NCBI GenBank assembly: GCA_965216875.1
Contig: OZ244207.1
Location: forward strand, 7,360,001-7,424,000
DNA length: 64,000 nt
Direction: 5' to 3'
Origin: Rubripirellula sp.
Lineage (GTDB): Bacteria; Planctomycetota; Planctomycetia; Pirellulales; Pirellulaceae
The notes under the pieces are model-generated. The model did no database searches. It was not told where the DNA came from and was given only the letters and a program-made list of their open reading frames with translations. Each line of letters opens with the position of its first letter. Position 1 is the stretch's first letter. Position numbers and translations under genes: made by a program. Positions 10,058 through 21,900 of this stretch are shown here, piece after piece.

Positions 10058-10756
10058 GTGAACGAGTCGGAAGAATCCAGACCAGAGGCTGCCGACTCTG
10101 TGCCGCCAAAGTCTCCACCGCCCAATCCCTTTCAGGCGGATCCGCTGCAGGCCGCTTCCAGCGACGAACGGCCGATCGACGCACCCTTGAATCCCTACGC
10201 GCCCTCGGCGATTGAAGATGACCCGACACTTCAGGCCGAAATGTTGGGAAAAACCCGTTCCGAGGAGCCCGACGCGCCTCTGACACTGACCCGAACCGCG
10301 GTTCGATGGTGTGCGGTTTGCGGCCTAAGTGCCATACCGAGCTTCGTTTTTGGGATGATCGCGACGAGCGGCCAAGTCGCAGGCATGCTGGTCGGCATCG
10401 CGATTTTTGCCGCCGGATACACGCTCCTTGATTTTCGAACGGCCCACTGGTCGGTCCGCAAGCGACGCGACGTTCGCCGCACGCTGAAGATCGCTTATGG
10501 GACGCGAGTCACGATTTCGATCGTCTTTCCGGTTGGCGCCTACCTCGACATGATTTGTGGCATTGGCACGCTGGCGATATCGGAAAGTCTTTTTGGACAA
10601 GGGGTTACATCAATCGACAGCGGGGTGACGACCGCGTTCTTTCCAGCTGTTTTCGCGACGCTGCTGCAGGGTGTGATTCTTAACGTTTTGCTCGCATTCT
10701 ACGCTGGTGTGGTGCATTTGATTCAGCTCGCGATCCTGGCGTTGACCAAGCCTTGA
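10058..10756 (+). CDS. Hypothetical membrane protein with Pro-rich N-terminal tail
   Basis: 232-aa ORF with a disordered N-terminus (NPFQ, NPYAP) followed by about 4 TM helices. Confidence 0.75.
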   Translation: MNESEESRPEAADSVPPKSPPPNPFQADPLQAASSDERPIDAPLNPYAPSAIEDDPTLQAEMLGKTRSEEPDAPLTLTRTAVRWCAVCGLSAIPSFVFGMIATSGQVAGMLVGIAIFAAGYTLLDFRTAHWSVRKRRDVRRTLKIAYGTRVTISIVFPVGAYLDMICGIGTLAISESLFGQGVTSIDSGVTTAFFPAVFATLLQGVILNVLLAFYAGVVHLIQLAILALTKP

Positions 10757-11303
10757 GCAGGCGAGAAATGCCCGAAAAACAATCGCAGTTGACCCATTTT
10801 CCCTAAACACGTAACTTTAGCTACGGGAACGATTTAGGTTCGCTGCACCAGAAAGGTCTGAAACCAAGGAAAAGGTTTCGGGCGTTTCGACGAATAAACC
10901 CCATCGCAATGGAAGCGACACGAGTTGCTTTCACCTAGCCACCAATTGCGCGGCAGGAAGCTGCATCATGTGCCCAGCCGGCATGCACTTCCCGTCTAGC
11001 GTTCGATGGCTTCGTGCCGGGGACGTCAAAGGTGTTGCGCCGCGAACGTCGAAGGTTTGTACCGGGACGACGGTGGCGTAGCGTCGACGATGTCGAGTGC
11101 AATGCGCGGGCAAGGGTGTCGAATCATGTCGTTCCAAACAACCGAGGTGAGCGCGCATCAATTCAACGATGGCGGTCAGACGTAGGCCATCAGCGGTGGG
11201 GACCTTCTGTTCCTCTTTGCGATGGTCGATCGGTTATTAGAAAGCACATCCGAACAACAATCGTGGGCGGTCGCGTTGGCGACCCGGTTTATCAAGCATC
11301 ACC

Positions 11304-15008
<3,705 letters not shown>

Positions 15009-15052
15009 GTCGCTGTTTAGATAACGTCAGCAACCACACGGAAAGGATTCCG

Positions 15053-16375
15053 ATGATTGCCAACCTGATTTACCTTGCCGCTTTGGCGGTCGCATCACCG
15101 TGGATCCTTTTCCGGATGGTGCATCAGGGACGTTATCGACGCGGGCTTTCCGAAAAGTTGTTCGGGCTTTCAAGGAAGCGTGCCCAGGAGATGGTTGGCG
15201 ATAATGCGTGCGTTTGGTTTCACGCCGTCAGTGTGGGCGAAGTCAATCTGTTGCCAAACCTGGTGCGGCGTTTCGAAATCGAAAACCGTGATTGCAATGT
15301 CGTGATCAGCACTTCGACCGACACCGGGTACGACTTGGCGGTCAAGTTCTTTGGTTCCGAACGTGTGTTCTTTTGCCCGCTCGATTTCACCTGGGCCGTG
15401 AATCGAACGCTTGCGAATCTTAAACCAGAACAATTGGTGCTGGCGGAATTGGAACTATGGCCCAATCTGATTCGCCTTGCACGCAAAACCGGTGCCCAAG
15501 TCTTGGTCGCCAACGCGAGATTGAGTGAACGATCGTCACGCGGTTATCAAAGATTCAAAGGCCTAACGGCGCCAATGTTTCGTCGGCTCCATTGGGTTGG
15601 ATGCCAAGACCAAGCCACGGCAGAACGTTTCGTCTCGTGCGGTGCGGCCAAAGAGAACGTCGACCTGACCGGGTCGATCAAGTTTGATGACGCACCGGTG
15701 TCGCGTGACAATGGCGAAGTTCAATCACGCGTTGATTGGGCGGGGATTTCGCCATGGCACCGCGTTTGGGTGTTGGGAAGCAGCGGGCCTGGCGAAGAGA
15801 AGATGGCGATCGATGTCTATCGCAAGCTTCAAGAAAAGCACCCTGAATTAAGACTGGTGATCGTTCCGCGTCATGTGCCTCGTTTTGATGCCGTTGCCGA
15901 GTTGATTCGCAATGAGGGCTTTGAGCCGCACCGTCGCAGCGACGGCGATCCGATAGATGAACAAGCGTGGCATAGCGACACGATCATTTTGGTCGACACG
16001 ATCGGTGAGCTTCGGCATTGGTGGGGCGTCGGACATATCGCCACTGTTGGCGGGAGTTTTGGCAAACGTGGTGGTCAAAACATGTTGGAACCAGCCGGCT
16101 ATGGATTGGCCGTCTCCTTTGGTTCTGACACAAAGAACTTTCGCCAAATCGCCGACCGTTTGCTCGAAGCCGATGCTGCCGTTCGGGTGAACGACATCAC
16201 GGAGTTGCACGGTTTTGTGCACAAGTGTTTGGTCGATATCCCGGCTGCGGACGCACTCGGACGATCGGCGCAACATGTGATCGCCAGCCAACGCGGCGCG
16301 ACTGAAAGAACGGTCAACGCATTGACGCGCGTGCGACACAAGCAAGTTCATCAAGTCGTTCGCAGCGCCGCTTGA
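15053..16375 (+). CDS. waaA: 3-deoxy-D-manno-octulosonic acid (Kdo) transferase
   Basis: WFHAVSVGE, ELELWPN, NARLSERS, GSIKFD, VPRH, DTIGEL and GGQNMLEPA. Start trimmed to ATG 15053, which has an AAGGA RBS. Confidence 0.95.
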   Translation: MIANLIYLAALAVASPWILFRMVHQGRYRRGLSEKLFGLSRKRAQEMVGDNACVWFHAVSVGEVNLLPNLVRRFEIENRDCNVVISTSTDTGYDLAVKFFGSERVFFCPLDFTWAVNRTLANLKPEQLVLAELELWPNLIRLARKTGAQVLVANARLSERSSRGYQRFKGLTAPMFRRLHWVGCQDQATAERFVSCGAAKENVDLTGSIKFDDAPVSRDNGEVQSRVDWAGISPWHRVWVLGSSGPGEEKMAIDVYRKLQEKHPELRLVIVPRHVPRFDAVAELIRNEGFEPHRRSDGDPIDEQAWHSDTIILVDTIGELRHWWGVGHIATVGGSFGKRGGQNMLEPAGYGLAVSFGSDTKNFRQIADRLLEADAAVRVNDITELHGFVHKCLVDIPAADALGRSAQHVIASQRGATERTVNALTRVRHKQVHQVVRSAA

Positions 16376-16376
16376 A

Positions 16377-17447
16377 TCAACCAGCCGTGTCCATCAAGTA
16401 TTTCGTTGGGACTTCGAAACTGTCCTCGTAGGGGCGGCTTCCAACGGTTCCGATCACTTCGAACTTGATGTTCTCTGGTGGTACCAACCCGTCGTGGTAG
16501 CGATCGGGTAATTGAGGGACGGGAACGTTGATTTCGGAATGCTGTCCCACGGTATCGACGCCAGAGACCTGAACAAAATCGGAGTCACCGATTTCGTCTT
16601 CTTGGCCGACCTTGTTGCTTGGCGGTGGCGGAATGCGCCAGCGGGTCTCCAAGTCGACTTGACCGTCGAACTTCGAAGGCAGCTGCAAGATTGCATTTTC
16701 AGTGCAGGGGTTGTCCAGGACCAACCTGCCTACCGATGGGTGCTTCTTGAAGCGATAACGCCAACAAAGGTAAACGACTGTCGCTGGAATACAGCCGGCG
16801 ATCGCCGAAAACAAGGCTGTCCATTGGCCGGACATCAGGCTCATCACCGAGGTCGGCCAAACGATCAGGCACAACAGACTGTGGAACAACACCATCACAA
16901 GACAGATGGCGCGGACGGTGCGATTCTCTGAATCGATGGTCACCTTACCCGAAGCGTGCTCTTTGGGATCGCGATGCAGAAAAACAAGCGTGGCGATGGG
17001 TAAGCCGATGCTGCCAAAGGCGACTGCAAAGACGAGTTTGAAAATCATCATGCCGGGCCGAAACGCCAGGTCCAACATGGACTGACTCGGCTCGTCTGGA
17101 TTCACATAACAGTCGATCCCGTCAGGAACACCTTTGGCGGCCGAGATGCGTTGATGAAGGTCCCAGTGATAGGAACCAACATTGTCCGACATCGTGTAGA
17201 TCCCGGCACGCTCGCCGTTAAAGTTCCGTCCTTCGTAGCGATAGGTGTATCGGCACTCGACATGTGCGGTGCCTTCATCTTCGTCCAACTCAACACTTTG
17301 AACGGTTGCTCGCACAACGTCCCAATTGGCCGATCGAAACCAAAGGGAAGCGTCCCAGTAAAGAGCGACGCTCGCACCAACGCCAACCGCGCCGAATGCC
17401 CCGCCAAAGAGTAGCCCAAACAGGTAGAGTCCAAGCTTCGATTTCAA
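16377..17447 (-). CDS. DUF3592-like membrane protein
   Basis: N-terminal TM, 'W..V.ATV', 'YTYRYEGRNF', 'YVNPDEPSQSML', then further TM helices. Confidence 0.7.
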   Translation of the reverse strand: MKSKLGLYLFGLLFGGAFGAVGVGASVALYWDASLWFRSANWDVVRATVQSVELDEDEGTAHVECRYTYRYEGRNFNGERAGIYTMSDNVGSYHWDLHQRISAAKGVPDGIDCYVNPDEPSQSMLDLAFRPGMMIFKLVFAVAFGSIGLPIATLVFLHRDPKEHASGKVTIDSENRTVRAICLVMVLFHSLLCLIVWPTSVMSLMSGQWTALFSAIAGCIPATVVYLCWRYRFKKHPSVGRLVLDNPCTENAILQLPSKFDGQVDLETRWRIPPPPSNKVGQEDEIGDSDFVQVSGVDTVGQHSEINVPVPQLPDRYHDGLVPPENIKFEVIGTVGSRPYEDSFEVPTKYLMDTAG

Positions 17448-17691
17448 AGGAGGGTCTCCAGAGAAAAGATGACAAGTGAGCTTCCCATCGTATACGGGAA
17501 CTCATCCGTCGTGACAGGCGGCGATGGATCGGAATCGAGGCGGGGTGCTGGCCATTTTTTGACCCATTTTTGCTGCGTCTTTTCGGCTTCGGTCACGTCT
17601 ATGGGGTGAAGGGCCAACGAAGTGACTCTTTTCGGATCTTCCCCTTCTTCACGTTCCAAGCGAATTCCCATCCAAACGAGGAGACTAAATC

Positions 17692-17835
17692 ATGAGCGAT
17701 GACAAGAACCATGAAGCTGCAAAGACGAATCCCAACGAAACGGAGAAGTGCTGCACGCCGTGTTGTTGCTGCTGCTGTTGCTGTTCACAATGCAATGTTC
17801 AGCCGGCACGCACCGACGCTTCCTGTTGCGGGTAA
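17692..17835 (+). CDS. Small Cys-rich peptide (47 aa, 13 Cys), metallothionein-like candidate
   Basis: GAGGAG RBS at 17678-17683. Translates to MSDDKNHEAAKTNPNETEKCCTPCCCCCCCCSQCNVQPARTDASCCG*. The stop overlaps the next ATG (TAATG). Below the ORF-track length cutoff. Confidence 0.65.
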   Translation: MSDDKNHEAAKTNPNETEKCCTPCCCCCCCCSQCNVQPARTDASCCG

Positions 17836-18422
17836 TGATGCGGATGCAATCTAACGACATGACCGAGCAAATCTGGCGTGAGCTGAATCAACGGCTGCGC
17901 CAGTTTGTGCGGTCGCGTGTCGATTCGGAATCGGATGTCGATGACATCTTGCAAACGGTTTTTCTGCGGATCCATACGCAGCTGGGCACTTTGCGCGATG
18001 CTGATCGGCTTGAGTCGTGGGTGTTTCAGATCGCCCGCAATGCTGTGGTGGACCACTATCGCGCGCATCGGCCAACTGAAAGTGAGGTTGATTCGATCAT
18101 CGAGCCTCGTAAAGACGACGATGTTGCCGGAGAACTCGCGGGTTGTCTGTCGGCGATGATTCAACGACTGCCGCAGGATCAGCGCCGTGCCGTATCGCTT
18201 TATGAACTCGAGGGGATTTCACAAAAAGAGATTGCTGCTCACGAATCGATTTCACTCTCCGGCGCCAAGTCGCGGATTCAGCGGGGCCGCAAGTCACTTG
18301 AAACGATGATGAAAGCTTGCTGTGAGTTTCAATTCGATGTTCGCGGGAAGGTCATCGACTACGGCGCTGCCGATTCGGATTGTTGCGAAGGGACGTGTGC
18401 CGTTCGTAGTACCGAGCTTTAG
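17835..18422 (+). CDS. sigZ: ECF sigma factor, SigZ-like, with Cys-rich C-terminus
   Basis: 'TEQIW...LRQFVRSRV...DDILQTVFLRIH...SWVFQIARNAVVDHYR', 'SLSGAKSRIQRGR' and 'CCEFQFDVRG'. Start is 17835 or 17859. Confidence 0.85.
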   Translation: MMRMQSNDMTEQIWRELNQRLRQFVRSRVDSESDVDDILQTVFLRIHTQLGTLRDADRLESWVFQIARNAVVDHYRAHRPTESEVDSIIEPRKDDDVAGELAGCLSAMIQRLPQDQRRAVSLYELEGISQKEIAAHESISLSGAKSRIQRGRKSLETMMKACCEFQFDVRGKVIDYGAADSDCCEGTCAVRSTEL

Positions 18423-18651
18423 CCGGTATCTGCTCACAAACCGCCTGAAGGCTGGACTACGAACCGCCTTGCCACGCTTCGTAGCTAGCTACGCTCGCCA
18501 GAGCGTGGTGGAAAGCGGTCTACCAATGAAAACCACCTTCTGGCGAAGGTAGCTACGGGCCGTGATGATTGAGCCGTAATCGCGTAAGCGGACGGGCTTT
18601 GTTCTTTTTAATCGCCGTTTCGAAGGGCCCGACGCTTGCGTGTACGGCTCA
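18402..18651. repeat. REP mosaic: family B (18402-18464), family A (18485-18556), family C (18570-18651)
   Basis: Three different inverted-repeat doublets abutting one another, each with homologues elsewhere in the window. Confidence 0.8.
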
Positions 18652-18986
18652 GGTGCTTGAGCGATTGCATGGATGGATCATGAGCCGAAACTCGTTCGCG
18701 TTCGCCGGCTGGACGCGTTTGGATCCCCCGATCGGAGGTGGTTGGGGTGGTTTGTGAGGAACTTTTGCTCAGTGGTTCCGGTCAAAAAGTGTCGCAGTCT
18801 GTCGTGGTTGGGCCCTATTCCTGGCAAAACCCTCATCTTCGGATCGGCGGTGTGTATTTTAGTAGCACCCTGTATCCACAGATGGATCAGGAAAAAGCGG
18901 CCATTTGACTGGATGTCTTGCACGTCGGCGAGGCTGCGCATCGAGGCCCCTCCCCACTTCTCCCACACCTCGGAATCGACCGCCCC

Positions 18987-21900
18987 ATGCGACTTCGCAA
19001 ATTGCTCTCCCGTTCGGAAGCGACCCGCCGCAAAACCAAACGTCGTCGGCGCGCGTTGGTTGAATCACTTGAGCGAAGAAACCTGTTAGCGACGTTTACC
19101 GTCGTCACCGGTGGTGATGCTGGTAATGGAGTTTGTAGCGCCGGCCAATGCACGCTTCGAGATGCCATCACGGCTGCCAACGCAACGGCGGGTGAAGACA
19201 CGATTCAATTCAGTCCCGCCGTGACTAACCCGATTGTGCTCGATGCAGCGCGCGGCGAGTTGTCGATCACGCAGCCGCTACAAATCTTCGGCAGCAGTAC
19301 GTCCAATACCGTTGTCAGTGCGGATGCAGCCGTCACGCCTTTTCGCGTGTTTGACATGACCGCTTCGGCAACCAACGTCACCATCGAAGGTTTGACGATC
19401 ACCGGCGGTCGAGCTCCGGACGATCCGGGCGGAGCGATTCAGTTTCAGTCCGAAGGCGTGCTCACGATTCGCGATAGCGTGATCACGGGGAACACCGCTG
19501 CAAATGGGGGTGGCATCTACAGCCTCTATGCCGGCAGTGTCGTCATCTCTGACAGTACGATTTCTGGGAACACCGCGCTGTATGGCGCCGGCGGCGGCGT
19601 CCAGGTTGTGGACGGTGACATCACGGTCAGCGCCAGCCTTGTTGATGGCAACATTGCGCTCGATTCCGGCGGTGGTCTGTTTGCCCAACATGGTGGCGAC
19701 ATCACCGTGACCGATTCTCAAATCTCCAACAACCGGACAACCTATTCGGGATACAACGGCGGTGGGATCAATAGCGGCGATGGCAATCTGACGATCACCG
19801 GCAGCACCATCACCGGGAACACTGCCGAGGGCGATGGCGGCGGTATCTACAACTACGGGGGCGCTGTCTCGATCAGCGGCAGCAACATCAGCGACAATGT
19901 CGCAGCGTATGCCGGCGGCGGGATCTTGAATGAGACGGGCGATGTCACGCTGAACCAATCAAACCTTTCTGACAACAACGCTTTGTATGGCGACGGCGGT
20001 GGTCTCTCTACCATTTCGGGTAACGTCACCATCACGCGTTCCAACATCTCGCAAAACCGAAGCGTCGATGCCGGCGGTGGTATCTCGACCAACTCGGGGC
20101 GGGTGGTCACGTTCGAGTCAACAATCTCTGGCAATACTACCGGCGAAGATGGTGGCGGTATCTCGAGCAGCACGGGCTTGGTCTCGCTCACCAACACAAC
20201 GCTTTCGGCAAACGTTTCCAATGCCGAAGGTGGCGGAATTCATTCGGCAAGCGGTCCTGTTCGATTGTTGCAATCGACGGTGACGCTCAATCAAGCAGCC
20301 GATGCGGGCGGCGGAATTGGTGTAACAGCGAACGATGACGGCGAAGCAATCTCGATCGTCAATTCCATTGTTGCTGGAAACACGGCAGGCCAGAATCCTG
20401 ACTTCACCGCACCAGGTAACCTGAGCAACCGCGAGGTGGTGTCGAGTCTGATCGGTGACAACAGCGGGACGTTTTTGCCCCCTTCGTCATTGGGGGCTGG
20501 CAGCGTTCCATTGCCTGATGCCCGCGGGAATCTTGTTGGCGGATCGCCACGTCCAGTCATCGATCCCATGCTTGGCCCACTCTCCTTCAACGGTGGCATC
20601 ACTCGAACGCATGTGCCGCTCGATGGCAGTTTGGCCATCGATGCTGGGGACAATTCGCTTGCCGTGAATCCTGGCGGCGATGGAGTCCCCGGGGGCGGTG
20701 ATGACGCGGCGATGACGAATGATCAACGAAGTTTTCCCTTCGTGCGTCTCGCCGATGGCGGATCGGGTTCCGTCACGGTCGACATGGGGGCTGTGGAAGT
20801 TCAGCAAGCTCCGATCTTTCTGGTGGACAACTTAAGCGATGTGGTTGACGGCGACCTTTCCGAAGGCAATCGAAGTCTTCGTGAAGTGATTGCGCTGACC
20901 AATGCGAGCCTCGGTGCTGACACGATTCAAATTGCGTCACACCTCTCAGGATCGATCTTGCTCGAGGCAAGCAACGGAACTCTCGAGATTACCGATTCGC
21001 TCTCGATCGAAGGTCCAGGGGCTGATCGGATCACGATCACGCCAGCCGTTGGCACGCAGTTGCGCTTGTTCAACGTGGATGCCGATGATTTCGCGATCTC
21101 AGGCGTGACGCTTGCACGCGGAACGGCTGCCACCGAGGGAGGTGCGATTCGTTTTGGTGGATCTGGAAAGCTAACGGTCAGCCACAGTGTTCTGCGCGAC
21201 AATCGGGCTGCACTTGGCGGTGGTATCTACAACGACAGCGGCGACGTCGAGATCATCGCCAGCACGTTGCACCGCAATGATGGGAATTCGCACGGTGGTG
21301 GTGTTGCCGCGCTGAGCGGAACGATTCTGGTTCATTCGTCGACGATCTCCAACAACGACTCAAGCGGCTTGGGCGCAGGGGTCTACAGCGTCAACGCTCA
21401 GGTTCAGATCTTGAATTCAACGATCACTGACAACGAGGCTGGCCTTGAAGGTGGAGGCGTTGGCTTGATTGACGATGACGGCGGCGAGACGTTGTCAATC
21501 GACAACTCAATCATCGCGGGCAATTCAGCACTCAACCATCCAGACTTCAACGCCCCAGGGAATCCAGCAAGCAACCTGCGCGTGCGATCGAGTTTGATTG
21601 GCGACAACGCAGGAACGACTCTCGCCGAATCCAACGAGAGCGGCGGAGTGCCTCAACCAACCGCTGATGGCAATCTGATTGGTGGCGTAACGGGCGGTGC
21701 AATTGATCCGCTTCTCGAGCCACTCGGCGACAATGGCGGCCCCACGCCAACACATGCACTCGGTGACGGTAGCCTTGCCATTGACAGCGGCGACGCCACG
21801 ATTCTTCCCGCCGACAGCGGTGACATCGACAACGATGGCGATCTGCTTGAAACCTTGCCGACCGATCAACGTGGTGCGGTACGCGTGGTTGATCAGCTTG

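Noticed and set aside
10968..11081. SecM-like arrest peptide upstream of secA (MCPAGMHFPSSVRWLRAGD...)
   Set aside because: It has RAGD rather than RAGP, no signal peptide, no clear RBS, and ends more than 200 nt before secA.
17748..17834. Poly-Leu N-terminal extension (signal or TM) on the sigma factor, as in the ORF track
   Set aside because: The GTG start lacks a well-spaced RBS, and sigma homology begins near MTEQIW. The overlapping Cys-rich ORF has a strong RBS and TAATG coupling.
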